DNA of 64,000 nt from Dehalococcoidia bacterium (GTDB lineage: Bacteria > Chloroflexota > Dehalococcoidia > Lucifugimonadales > UBA3495), in the NCBI GenBank assembly GCA_012959605.1, contig DUCU01000100.1, forward strand, positions 7,147-71,146. Reading direction: 5' to 3'. The position numbers were made by a program, and so were the translations under genes. Below, piece by piece: positions 37,466 to 47,287 of the stretch (within the stretch, counting starts at the first letter, position 1; each line of letters begins with the position of its first letter). The notes beneath the pieces were generated by a model, which made no database searches, was not told the origin of the DNA, and worked only from the letters and a program-made list of their open reading frames with translations.

Positions 37466-39304
37466 TTGATCAACTGGTTAAAAACCCCAAAATTCTTGAT
37501 TCTTGGTTCATTGACGCTCTTGCTAGCTGCAATGCTAGCCTGCGGCTCGTCGGCCACGTCGACTCCAATACCGGAGCAGGCAACTGCCGTTCCAGGAAAA
37601 GCCGCCGCAGTGCCAACTTCGGCACCTTCTTCCGGAAAAGCATCGGCTCCCGCGCCGACAGTGGTTCCTACCAAGGCCCCCCAAGCGGCTCCTAAGCCTT
37701 CTGGAACATTAAACGTTGGCCAGAAAGAGCTTGGCCCTTATGTCGGTAACCCTAAGTTGATCGGTAACCCCCAGATATTCTTGAACAGCGCCATACCTAT
37801 CACCGAAACTCTAGGGATGGCTGGATTCGACAGCGGGGCGCTTGTGCCAATGCTGGCCGAGAGTTGGGATACCTCAGCAGACGGTCAGACTTGGACTTTC
37901 CACATCCGGAAAGGTGTTCAGTTCCACAAAGGATTTGGAGAGATGACCGTTGAAGACGTCGTATTCTCCCACAAGCAAATCGCCGAGAGTGATAAACACG
38001 CCAGATCTGCCAACGCCGCGAAGATGTTTTTTGCGGAAGACGGCAACCAAACAACCCCTGATGACTATACCTGGGTAGTCGATATGGGCCAGCCCTTCTC
38101 CGAGATACCGATTTATGAATTGATCGCGACCCCACGTGCTGTTGGGGCCTGGATGGTTAGCAAGAAGCAATGGGATGAAAAAGGCGAAGATGAAGCTAAC
38201 TTCAATACCGCTGCCACCGGTCCGTGGGAAATCGATGAAGCCAAGACCGGCGAATTCTGGAGGATGAAGGCAGTGGAGAACCACTGGCGAGTTACCCCGG
38301 CTTTCGCGGAATTAATGTTCCACGAGATCCCCGAAGAGTCGGCCCGGGTAGCCGGTTTCAAGACTGGTAATTTAGACACCTTCGTCATGGCCCTCGATTC
38401 CATATCAGAAGTGGAATCGGTCAAGGGAGCAACATTGATGCAGGTCCCCAACGCCGTACAGGCTGGAATAAACTTCTACGGTCAAACCTACGTAGCAGCC
38501 CGAGATGGCGATACTGGCAAGCCCAATGTGCAAGGGGAAATGTGGCCAAACTACAACCCCGACCTACCATGGGTGTCTTCCAACAGTGACATCACTTCCC
38601 CAGAATGGGCAACGGCCCGCACAGTCCGACTAGCGATGTCGATCGCCATTGACCGTGAAGCGATAGTTAATAATATGCTGCAAGGGTTCGGACGCCCCAT
38701 AACTCTCAAGGACTGGATGGGCTTCGAGGACCGCCTACCATCTCCCGAAGAAGCCTGGCCTTATGACCCGGCGAGAGCCAAGAGCCTATTGGCTGAGGCT
38801 GGGTACCCTGATGGTTTCAAGGCAACACTGACTACAGCAATTCGCGGCGCTCCGTCAGAGGTGGAAGCTTGTGAAGCCGTCGCCCAGTACTGGGATGCGA
38901 TAGGAATTGATGTCGACTTCCAGCGAGTCCCCTACGGTACCTACCGACCCACAGCGGTTGCCCGTACCTACGAGGGCATGTCATGCCACAATGTAGGCCC
39001 GCGGTTGTCCCCGATCCAAGGGATGGCCAGCTTCTTAAATAGCGGAAACTTCAGTTGGGGCTCCGAGCACCCCATCACCGAAGAGTTGATTCCGCTGGGT
39101 CAGAAATCTGTGTTGGTAGCCGACCGCACAAAATACGAAGATCAGATAGCTGCATTCTACATCGATGAAGTCTTCGGAGAGACTGGATTGTATGCAGTCG
39201 ATAATGTATGGCCTATCGGCCCGAAAATTGCTCCGTGGACTGGTTTCGTCAAACAGGGAGACCTCCGCCAGGTTAATGGTTTCGAGTACATAAAGCCTCG
39301 CTAA
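37466..39304 (+). CDS. ABC transporter substrate-binding lipoprotein, family 5 (peptide/nickel type)
   Basis: 612 aa with a lipobox signal peptide (LLLAAMLAC-GSS) and an Ala/Pro/Thr/Ser linker, then a family-5 SBP body. TTG start has GAGG 10 nt upstream. Confidence 0.9.
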   Translation: MINWLKTPKFLILGSLTLLLAAMLACGSSATSTPIPEQATAVPGKAAAVPTSAPSSGKASAPAPTVVPTKAPQAAPKPSGTLNVGQKELGPYVGNPKLIGNPQIFLNSAIPITETLGMAGFDSGALVPMLAESWDTSADGQTWTFHIRKGVQFHKGFGEMTVEDVVFSHKQIAESDKHARSANAAKMFFAEDGNQTTPDDYTWVVDMGQPFSEIPIYELIATPRAVGAWMVSKKQWDEKGEDEANFNTAATGPWEIDEAKTGEFWRMKAVENHWRVTPAFAELMFHEIPEESARVAGFKTGNLDTFVMALDSISEVESVKGATLMQVPNAVQAGINFYGQTYVAARDGDTGKPNVQGEMWPNYNPDLPWVSSNSDITSPEWATARTVRLAMSIAIDREAIVNNMLQGFGRPITLKDWMGFEDRLPSPEEAWPYDPARAKSLLAEAGYPDGFKATLTTAIRGAPSEVEACEAVAQYWDAIGIDVDFQRVPYGTYRPTAVARTYEGMSCHNVGPRLSPIQGMASFLNSGNFSWGSEHPITEELIPLGQKSVLVADRTKYEDQIAAFYIDEVFGETGLYAVDNVWPIGPKIAPWTGFVKQGDLRQVNGFEYIKPR

Positions 39305-39406
39305 ACTCGATCCATAGTAAATATCATCGCCGCCCGGTGTGGGCCTTGGGTGAAGTTGATTCACTCTTGGCCCATGCCGGGCGGCTAGTACTCTCCCCCG
39401 CCGTAA

Positions 39407-39603
39407 AAGTTGATTCCATTGGCTCAGAAATCTGTGCTGTCAGCCGACCGCATAAAATACGAGGATCAGATAGCTGCATTCTTCCTAGAAGAGGTCTTCG
39501 GACAGACCGGACTGTATGCAGTGGACAATGTGTGGCCTGTCGGTCCGAACATCAAACCATGGGGCGATTTCGTGAAGCAAGGCGACCTAAGGCAAGTCAA
39601 TAA
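39407..39603 (+). pseudogene. 3'-terminal remnant of a further family-5 SBP paralog
   Basis: Encodes IPLAQKSVLSADRIKYEDQIAAFFLEEVFGQTGLYAVDNVWPVGPNIKPWGDFVKQGDLRQVN, which matches the last ~65 residues of the intact SBPs. Nothing upstream of it matches. Confidence 0.75.
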
Positions 39604-39635
39604 GTCCATCAACAGGACTGCAGCAACTAATAAAA

Positions 39636-39670
39636 AGAGGACCAACCTTCGGGTTGGTCCTCTTTTTATT
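39636..39670 (+). terminator. intrinsic terminator (paralogous to 37019 and 42046)
   Basis: AGAGGACCAACC-TTCG-GGTTGGTCCTCT followed by TTTTAT. Confidence 0.65.
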
Positions 39671-39898
39671 TTCCATTCAATCTGCCAGACCGTAATAAGG
39701 GTGGTTCGTATTGCGATAACCGGTAAGAGAGGCGTAAGCGAACTTAGAAGATAACCGCTGTTTGTCGGTATCGAACTACGGATTCAGATGCAAACTAATG
39801 CGCCGATCCTCCCTAATCCGAATATTTCCTCTTTCCAATTGGTTTTTTAATACTAGACAAACAGAATAATTATACGATTTGATATCAAATATATGCCA

Positions 39899-39927
39899 TT
39901 GACATGCTTACTACGTTAGTCTATACC
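39899..39927 (+). promoter_or_regulatory. copy C of the repeated SBP promoter module
   Basis: TTGACA-17-TATACC inside ATTGACAT-N10-TTAGTCTATACCT. Confidence 0.4.
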
Positions 39928-40153
39928 TATTCCCTATTATCGTTAATCCGGTAATTTACATATTCTGCCTGCGCTATAATCTAAGGAAAGAAGATAAACC
40001 GGACAATCATTACCTTGGTAATTAGGTTCCGGACTTCACTGTCGGCTTAACAATTCCCTACGAGTGTCAAAATACTCTTCGAGTTTTAAAGCTAACTAGC
40101 CGTAAAGCGCGAAGGATATCGTATAGTCATACTTTATTGGAGGTTTGTCCGTC

Positions 40154-41971
40154 TTGAATCACTGGTTAAAGAATCCCAAGTTAATGATCCTAGGGCCTTT
40201 GGTGCTCCTGTTAGCCGCCATATTGGCGTGCGGCTCGTCAGCGACCGCAACGCCGCCAACCAAAACGGACTCAGGAGCTCCTGCTGCGACCACAGCAGCG
40301 CCAACTGCAGTGTCTTCTGGTGGAGGCTCGTCAGCTCCTGCAGCCACAGCAGTGCCCACCAAGGCCCCTGAAGTGATGGCCAAGCCGTCAGGAACTATCA
40401 ATGTGGGCCAGAAAGAGCTGGGACCCTACTTTGGCAGCCCCAAGCTCTCCGGTAACCCTCAGATTTTCCTAAACAATGCCGCGCCAATTACAGAAACTCT
40501 GGGCATGTACGGATTCGATAGTAACGCCGTGGAACCCATGCTGGCTGAAAGCTGGGAAATATCTCCCAACGGCCAGGTTTGGACATACCACATCCGAAAG
40601 GGTGTGGAATTCCATAAAGGCTTTGGCGAGATGACCGTTAAGGACGTAGTGTTCTCATTTGACCAATTGGCCAACAGCGAGAAACATGCCAGGGCTTCCA
40701 ACGCCAAGAAAATTTTCTTTGCTGATAGTGGCAGTCAATCCACTCCAGACGATTACACTTGGGTGGTTGACTCCGGCACACCATTCTCAGATGTGCCAAT
40801 CTTCGAATTATTAGGCACGCCACGCGCCACCCAGGTCTGGATTGTGAGCAAAAAGCAATTCGACCAAGAAGGCGAAGAAGAACACAACCGCAACACTGCG
40901 GCCACTGGTCCCTGGGAGATCGATGACTGGAAGACCGGTGAGTTCTGGAAGATGAAAGCCGTGGAAAACCACTGGCGTCAAACACCCTATTTCGCCGAGA
41001 TGGTGGAATGGGAGATTCCTGAAGAATCTGCCAGGGTAGCCGGTTTCAAAACCGGTAACTTGGATACCTTTGTTATGGCTCTAGACTCCATATCTGAGGT
41101 TGAGAGCGTACAGGGCGCCACCCTGATGCAGGTGCCGGATGCCGGACAAGCTGGCTTGAACATTTACGGTCAGACCTATGTCCCGGCTCGAGATGGCGGC
41201 GGAGAGTCCTGGCCCAACTACAACACTGATCTGCCTTGGGTGTCTGCTAACAGCGACCCAAGCTCGGCAGAATGGGAAGTTGCACGTAAGGTCAGGGAAG
41301 CTCTCTCCATTTCCATTGACCGACAGACGATTGTCGACGAACTGTTGCTTGGATTCGGTCACCCTCTAGCCCTCAGAGACTGGGGCGGTCCCGATGAAAA
41401 GCGGTTGCCAGATGACATGGTCTGGGACTTTGACCCCGAGCGGGCCAAGAGTCTATTGGCCGATGCTGGATACCCCGACGGCTTCAACCTAACGTTGTCT
41501 CCCGCTCTGCGCGGAGCTCCTTCAGAAGTGGAAGCCTGCGAGGCAGTTGCTCAGTACTGGGATGACATTGGTCTGGACGTAACCTTCCAGAACGTCCCTT
41601 ACGGAACAATACGGCCCACGTTTGTAGCCCGTACCTATGAAGGGATATCTTGCCACTCGGTTTCCATCCGTTTGGCCCCAGTGCAGGGTTACGCCAACTA
41701 CTTGAACGACTCAGTGTTCAGTTACGGCACAGAGCACCCGTACTTGGAAGAGAAAATTCCGGTGGTGCAGGGCACAACAGACCGGGCAGCCCGTGAGGTC
41801 TTGGAACTCGAGATTGCCAGGTGGCAGTTTGACAACATCTTCGGTGAGACCGGCTTGTACGTCTTTGACAACGTCTGGCCCATCGGACCGAAGTTGCAGC
41901 CGTGGGATGGATTCGTCAAACAGGGCGATTTACGGCAGATCAACGGGTACGAGTACATTCAACCTCGATAA
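40154..41971 (+). CDS. ABC transporter substrate-binding lipoprotein, family 5 (peptide/nickel type)
   Basis: Paralog of 37466..39304 with lipobox LLLAAILAC-GSS and an Ala/Pro/Thr linker. Start set to TTG 40154 (GGAGG 10 nt upstream, aligns with the paralog N-terminus) rather than TTG 40145. Confidence 0.88.
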   Translation: MNHWLKNPKLMILGPLVLLLAAILACGSSATATPPTKTDSGAPAATTAAPTAVSSGGGSSAPAATAVPTKAPEVMAKPSGTINVGQKELGPYFGSPKLSGNPQIFLNNAAPITETLGMYGFDSNAVEPMLAESWEISPNGQVWTYHIRKGVEFHKGFGEMTVKDVVFSFDQLANSEKHARASNAKKIFFADSGSQSTPDDYTWVVDSGTPFSDVPIFELLGTPRATQVWIVSKKQFDQEGEEEHNRNTAATGPWEIDDWKTGEFWKMKAVENHWRQTPYFAEMVEWEIPEESARVAGFKTGNLDTFVMALDSISEVESVQGATLMQVPDAGQAGLNIYGQTYVPARDGGGESWPNYNTDLPWVSANSDPSSAEWEVARKVREALSISIDRQTIVDELLLGFGHPLALRDWGGPDEKRLPDDMVWDFDPERAKSLLADAGYPDGFNLTLSPALRGAPSEVEACEAVAQYWDDIGLDVTFQNVPYGTIRPTFVARTYEGISCHSVSIRLAPVQGYANYLNDSVFSYGTEHPYLEEKIPVVQGTTDRAAREVLELEIARWQFDNIFGETGLYVFDNVWPIGPKLQPWDGFVKQGDLRQINGYEYIQPR

Positions 41972-42045
41972 CACCAATTAATCTCCATAGTCTTAGCCAA
42001 GCCACCACTTGGTTTCTTAGCTAAGGCGCAAGACAGCAACCTAAA

Positions 42046-42080
42046 AGAGGAGCCAACCTCAGCAGTTGGCTCCTCTTTAT
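42046..42080 (+). terminator. intrinsic terminator (weak T-tract)
   Basis: AGAGGAGCCAAC-N7-GTTGGCTCCTCT followed by TTAT. Confidence 0.5.
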
Positions 42081-42359
42081 ATGAACGCCGAATAAACCAA
42101 AGTGCCTAGCATTTAACATTGGAGTAAAGGTGGCCAGTCCGTGAGATGGCTCATAAATGGCGAAATGCCTATTAGCTAACGATGCACGCCATTTAGCCCG
42201 GAGGCCCTGAAATTTGGCTTCAGGGCCCGGCATTGGCCCTGCTCCACCCCAATCAGAGCGGGCCTCTTAACATTGGCTGGTTTACCCCTTGATTTCATGC
42301 CGTGCCATCAGCTTCATTTACGCTCTAGTCGATAACTTTTGGTACGTCGGTTCCACCTA

Positions 42360-42388
42360 TTGACTTGCTAAAGCCGATAGTATATATC
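42360..42388 (+). promoter_or_regulatory. copy B of the repeated promoter module, in front of the permease operon
   Basis: TTGACT-17-TATATC inside CTATTGACTT-N10-ATAGTATATATCT. The flanks are identical to copy A. Confidence 0.45.
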
Positions 42389-42609
42389 TTACAAGCGATT
42401 TGGGGGTCGGCACTTGCAGACCTCTCTAATAATCATGCAGGAAATGAATGTCCCGCCGCCTGATTTGGCAAGTACAACCGATGAAGAGTAACGGGCAGGA
42501 AAATAAAACTGGTTCAAATACCGCCCGGTAAATGCCATGGGCATTCAACCAAACGGATTGATTCGGTTAGCGCTACAAAGCACATATAACACAAGGGGTT
42601 CCCATCTAG

Positions 42610-43101
42610 GTGCAACCACGGTTCGAAAAAAACTTTTGGGAAAAGGCAAATCCCTACCTGATTCCAATTGCACGGACGGTTGCAGGGTGTGTCCTAGGTG
42701 TAGTGCTAAGCATGATTGGCATAGCTTTCGCCTGGTCGCTATATGTATTCTTTGGGGGATCATCGATTAAGTTATGGCAGGCATCACTGTTCTTAGCCGC
42801 TGGAAGCGGAGCAGGGACAGCGGCCTTTGTAGCCTGGCTACACATTGATCGTGAAAACGGTTGGGTTCTAGCACTAACGGCGACAGTGGTAATTGGAGCA
42901 GGAATACTTGGTTCCTGGGTTGGATTCGAATATGGTGCGGCGCAAGAGATTGAGTGTTGCGCAATGCCTACCGTGTCACCGATTTACTACACAGCACTAG
43001 GCTCAGCAGTCGTAGCAACCATGGCAGGAGCCGCTTTCGCAGCAGCCCGGGCGATAGTCATGAGAAAAAGGCAGACCCTAATCCACAACGCAGTGAACTG
43101 A
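42610..43101 (+). CDS. small polytopic membrane protein, function unknown
   Basis: 163 aa with about four hydrophobic helices. Ends 13 nt before the first permease gene. GTG start. Confidence 0.5.
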   Translation: MQPRFEKNFWEKANPYLIPIARTVAGCVLGVVLSMIGIAFAWSLYVFFGGSSIKLWQASLFLAAGSGAGTAAFVAWLHIDRENGWVLALTATVVIGAGILGSWVGFEYGAAQEIECCAMPTVSPIYYTALGSAVVATMAGAAFAAARAIVMRKRQTLIHNAVN

Positions 43102-43114
43102 CGGTAAGAAAAAA

Positions 43115-44032
43115 ATGCAAAAATACCTGGTCCGCAGGTTCATACTCGCCCTAGTAACCTTACTCTGTGTCTCTTTGATTATTTTCATAATGAGCCGGGT
43201 TTCAGGTGACCCCAGACATATCTACCTGGATGATTACTCCACCCAGGAAGACTGGGATCGCATGGGTGAAGTCTTGGGCTTGGACAAGCCTTACTACGAG
43301 CAATACGGAATCTTCATTAAAGGTGCAGTAAGAGGCGACTTCGGAAAGTCTGTTCGGGAAGCACGCCCTGTAACTGACGTTGTTATTGAACGGGCGCCCG
43401 CAACATTGTTGCTGGGTGCAGTAGCCTTCAGTTTCTCGATATTAATTGGGGTGCCGCTGGGAATATTATCAGCGGTCAAACGCGGCACCATGATGGACAA
43501 CTTCGGTAAATTTATCGCTTTGATAGGCCAGTCTGCTCCGCCGTTCTGGTTGGGCATCATGCTGATGTTCTTCTTTGCGGTGAAGTTGGGAATGGTCCCA
43601 CCGTACGGAAAACAAGATTGGAACAGCATAATTCTGCCCGCCGTGACTTTGGGGTGGTACTACGCCGCCGCTAACCTACGGTTGGTACGATCCGCGATGC
43701 TGGATGTGCTGGATTCGGAGTACATCAAATTGGCACGGGCCAAGGGTGTTAATTCCCGAACCATCATCATGAAGCACGCGTTCAGAAACGCACTGATTCC
43801 ACCACTAACATTCGCCGGCGTGACCATCGGAGCTCTAGTAACTGGTTCATTGGTCGTAGAGACGGTGTTCGCATGGCCTGGTCTAGGCAGGTTGGCAATT
43901 GAAGCATTATTTGCCTTCGATTACCCGCTGCTTCAAGGAGTGGTAATCACCTTCACGCTGCTATACGTGACAGCAGCATTCATCGTGGACGTGCTCTACG
44001 CTTACGTAGACCCGCGAATCCGGTACGCTTAA
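43115..44032 (+). CDS. ABC transporter permease (DppB/OppB type)
   Basis: 305 aa with the N-terminal MQKYLVRRF...SGDP pattern and the EAA-loop region YIKLARAKGV. Confidence 0.9.
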   Translation: MQKYLVRRFILALVTLLCVSLIIFIMSRVSGDPRHIYLDDYSTQEDWDRMGEVLGLDKPYYEQYGIFIKGAVRGDFGKSVREARPVTDVVIERAPATLLLGAVAFSFSILIGVPLGILSAVKRGTMMDNFGKFIALIGQSAPPFWLGIMLMFFFAVKLGMVPPYGKQDWNSIILPAVTLGWYYAAANLRLVRSAMLDVLDSEYIKLARAKGVNSRTIIMKHAFRNALIPPLTFAGVTIGALVTGSLVVETVFAWPGLGRLAIEALFAFDYPLLQGVVITFTLLYVTAAFIVDVLYAYVDPRIRYA

Positions 44033-44049
44033 GTTATTAGGAGCACATA

Positions 44050-45090
44050 ATGGCAGCAGATCTTAGTGGAATTGTGGTTGCCCCACCAACAACCAAGGAA
44101 AGAGCCGCCGCAGTCTATAGAAAGATTAGACGGTTGCCTTTGATTCCGGTATTCCTACTTAGCTTAGTGGTCATTGCCGGGGTGTTCGCCCCGATCCTGG
44201 CTCCTCATGATCCAGAGAAGGGCGAATTAAAAGAACGAAACATCCCACCGGCTTGGTCCGGTGGTGTAAAGAGCGTCAAGATTGTCGTAGAACGGATGTC
44301 GATTAACCAGCGCACAACTAGCGTTACGTTGGCCGACGCCTTGAAGATCGATCCTGCGGCGCAGATTGATGACGAGATTGAAGTCTTCAGCCGTCCGGAA
44401 GGCACCACTAAGTTCTTATTGGGAACAGACCATCTGGGTAGAGACGTTCTATCCAGGGTGATTTACGGGGCTAGAATCTCATTGTTGGTGTCGATTGTCA
44501 CACTGGCAGTGGGAGGAACTATTGGCGTCACTATGGGCCTGGCAGCAGGCTGGTATGGCGGCATGGTTGACGAAACATTAATGCGGCTAGTAGACATTAA
44601 ATTAGCCATACCTTTGATTCTCATTGCCCTTGTGTTGGTGATAACGCTGGGTCAATCGTTATGGATCATCGTTACCGTGCTCTGCTTATTTATTTGGCCA
44701 AGGTTTGCCCGCCAAGTGCGCGGCGAAGTTCTACAACTAAAGCACATGGACTATGTTTCCTTGGCAAAGGTCTCCGGTGCCTCTACAGCCCGGATTCTGT
44801 TCATACATATATTCCCAGGAACGATCAATACATTGATTGTTGTTGCAACACTTCAGGTTGGTATCGTCATCCTTCTGGAGTCGACTCTAAGCTTCCTGGG
44901 CGCTGGCGTTCCGCCCCCTACCCCCGCATGGGGATCAATGGTTTCAGACGGACGCGACAAGCTTGCTGGCGGAGTCTGGTGGATATCCACCTTCCCCGGC
45001 GTAGCAATCATGGTGACCGTAATGTCCTTGAACCTGTTCGGCGACTGGCTACGAGACACTCTGGACCCGCGCTTGCGCCAACTGGAGTGA
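44050..45090 (+). CDS. ABC transporter permease (DppC/OppC type)
   Basis: 346 aa with LGTDHLGRDVLSRV and the EAA-like DYVSLAKVSGAS. Has an enlarged first extracytoplasmic loop. Confidence 0.9.
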   Translation: MAADLSGIVVAPPTTKERAAAVYRKIRRLPLIPVFLLSLVVIAGVFAPILAPHDPEKGELKERNIPPAWSGGVKSVKIVVERMSINQRTTSVTLADALKIDPAAQIDDEIEVFSRPEGTTKFLLGTDHLGRDVLSRVIYGARISLLVSIVTLAVGGTIGVTMGLAAGWYGGMVDETLMRLVDIKLAIPLILIALVLVITLGQSLWIIVTVLCLFIWPRFARQVRGEVLQLKHMDYVSLAKVSGASTARILFIHIFPGTINTLIVVATLQVGIVILLESTLSFLGAGVPPPTPAWGSMVSDGRDKLAGGVWWISTFPGVAIMVTVMSLNLFGDWLRDTLDPRLRQLE

Positions 45091-45141
45091 GCGGATTACC
45101 TGTACTTGAATAACTCAGCGATTTAAGGAACAACATATTTT

Positions 45142-46134
45142 ATGGTCACTGCGGATACAAGAATAGACACAGAAGTTGTATTGTCGGTCGATGATTTGCG
45201 AACGCATTTCACGACCCGCTGGGGCACTGTCAAAGCCGTTGACGGTATCTCTTTTGACCTCAGAAGGGGCGAGACTCTGGGAATCGTGGGCGAGTCTGGT
45301 TGCGGAAAGTCTGTAACCATGCTCTCCCTGATGAGATTGATTCCCATTCCACCCGGAAAGATCGTCTCAGGAAGTATCGTCTTGGACGGCGAAGACATAG
45401 TCCCCATCTCCGAGCAGGAGATGGCGAAGATTAGAGGCAGCAAAATTGCCTTGATTATCCAAGACCCGATGACTTCTTTGAACCCGGTCTTCTCCATTGG
45501 AGACCAGGTAGAAGAGGCCATCAAGATTCACCAAGACATACCAAAACGCTCGATTACAGACCGGGCCCTTGAGGTTCTGCGTAAGGTAAACATCCCTGCC
45601 GCAGAATCCCGAGTCAAGGATTATCCCCATCAGATGAGTGGAGGCATGCGCCAGAGGGTGGTGGGAGCAATTGGCATCTCATGCCAACCCCAAGTCCTCA
45701 TTGCTGACGAACCGACCACGTCCTTGGACGTGACCATTCAGGCGCAATACCTGAAACTGTTGAAAGACATCCAGAAAGAATCTGACCTTTCAATCATCTT
45801 CATCACCCATGACTTCGGCATCGTTGCTAAGATGTGTGACCGGGTTGCGGTGATGTATGCCGGACGCATAGTAGAGCACGGCAGTGTGAGAGATATCTTC
45901 AATAACCCATCCCACCCTTACACTGAGGCTCTTCTGGCGTCGGTTCCCAGGATGGACCGGGTCGTTGACCGGCTATACTCGATTGAAGGTCAACCGCCAC
46001 CGCTTCATGACCTACCCGTTGGTTGCGCTTTCGCGAACCGATGCCCCGTAGTCATGGACAAGTGTATTGAGACCTACCCAGAAATTAAAGCTGTATCCGA
46101 TGGCCATACCGCAGCATGTTGGAAGGTAGAATGA
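45142..46134 (+). CDS. ABC transporter ATP-binding protein (DppD/OppD type)
   Basis: GESGCGKS, MSGGMRQR, LIADEPTTSLD and a C-terminal oligopeptide-type domain (PSHPYT, CAFANRC). Confidence 0.9.
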   Translation: MVTADTRIDTEVVLSVDDLRTHFTTRWGTVKAVDGISFDLRRGETLGIVGESGCGKSVTMLSLMRLIPIPPGKIVSGSIVLDGEDIVPISEQEMAKIRGSKIALIIQDPMTSLNPVFSIGDQVEEAIKIHQDIPKRSITDRALEVLRKVNIPAAESRVKDYPHQMSGGMRQRVVGAIGISCQPQVLIADEPTTSLDVTIQAQYLKLLKDIQKESDLSIIFITHDFGIVAKMCDRVAVMYAGRIVEHGSVRDIFNNPSHPYTEALLASVPRMDRVVDRLYSIEGQPPPLHDLPVGCAFANRCPVVMDKCIETYPEIKAVSDGHTAACWKVE

Positions 46135-47132
46135 CCACAATAGATTCGTCCGAAACCAAAGCTGAAAGAGGACAAGTCCTACTTGAAGCCAAAAACCTCA
46201 AGAAGTACTTTCCGGTAACCAAGGGATTATTGATCTCCAGGACTACTGGCCATATCAAAGCAGTAGATGACATTTCCTTTGCGCTGCGCGCAGGCGAGAC
46301 CCTTGGCGTAGTGGGCGAGTCTGGCTGCGGCAAAAGCACCACCGCCAAAATGATGTTGATGCTTGAGGAACCCACCGAAGGCAGCATCCTCTTTGAGGGA
46401 GGAGACGTTCACAACAGCGCTGCTGTTAGAAAGTCTTACCGGAGTTCAGTGCAAGCCGTGTTCCAAGACCCGTGGAGTTCACTGAACCCACGCATGCGGG
46501 TCAAAGACATCATTGCCGAGCCAATGGTCATCAACTGGAACATCACCAAGGCAGAACAACAAGAACGGGTGATGAAACTGCTGAATGACGTGGGCTTGAA
46601 CGAGTACCATTCCAACCTATTCCCCCATGAGTTCTCCGGTGGACAGCGGCAAAGGCTCGCCATTGCCAGGGCGTTGGCCTTGAACCCAAGGGTGATTGTG
46701 CTGGACGAGCCTGTATCTGCCTTGGATGTGTCCATCAGAGCCCAGATTATGAACCTGCTCAAGGATTTGCAGGAAACGTACAACGTAGCCTACATGCTCA
46801 TTGCCCATGACTTAGCAACGGTACGCTATATGTGCACCTGGGTCGCAGTGATGTACTTGGGCCAGATAGTGGAGCTCTCCCCGGTGCAGGAGTTGTTTAA
46901 CAACCCGTCACACCCGTACACCAAAGCCCTGATGTCGGCAGCTCTGCCATCACATCCGGACACTGAGCAAGAAGAGATCATCCTTCAAGGTGAGGTTCCT
47001 TCTCCGCTGAATCCCCCGCCTGGCTGCTATTTCCACCCTCGTTGTCCCGCCGCGATGGACCGTTGCTCCGTGGACACACCCGTGGTCAAGGAAATCTCCG
47101 AAGGGCACACATTAACTTGTCACCTCTTCTAA
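46131..47132 (+). CDS. ABC transporter ATP-binding protein (DppF/OppF type)
   Basis: GESGCGKST, FSGGQRQR, IVLDEPVSALD, PSHPYT. Start set to ATG 46131, which overlaps the upstream TGA (ATGA). Confidence 0.9.
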   Translation: MTTIDSSETKAERGQVLLEAKNLKKYFPVTKGLLISRTTGHIKAVDDISFALRAGETLGVVGESGCGKSTTAKMMLMLEEPTEGSILFEGGDVHNSAAVRKSYRSSVQAVFQDPWSSLNPRMRVKDIIAEPMVINWNITKAEQQERVMKLLNDVGLNEYHSNLFPHEFSGGQRQRLAIARALALNPRVIVLDEPVSALDVSIRAQIMNLLKDLQETYNVAYMLIAHDLATVRYMCTWVAVMYLGQIVELSPVQELFNNPSHPYTKALMSAALPSHPDTEQEEIILQGEVPSPLNPPPGCYFHPRCPAAMDRCSVDTPVVKEISEGHTLTCHLF

Positions 47133-47161
47133 ATTTCCCGCAAACTGTTTAGGAACACCAA

Positions 47162-47193
47162 AACCGGGAGGCAACACCTCCCGGTTTTTTTAT
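47162..47193 (+). terminator. intrinsic terminator of the ABC operon
   Basis: AACCGGGAGG-N5-CCTCCCGGTT followed by TTTTTTAT. Confidence 0.7.
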
Positions 47194-47287
47194 TTCTGGC
47201 CTACCTGGTGCTAAAATCTTTCCCATCACCAACCTGATCAAGATTTTAGTCTGAAATCAGAGACACACCCGGTAATTAGACGAGATT

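Noticed and set aside
40145-40153. TTG 40145 as the start of the second intact SBP (as in the ORF track).
   Set aside because: GGAGG ends only 1 nt upstream of it. TTG 40154 has 10-nt spacing and aligns with the N-terminus of the paralog (NHWLKNPK versus INWLKTPK).
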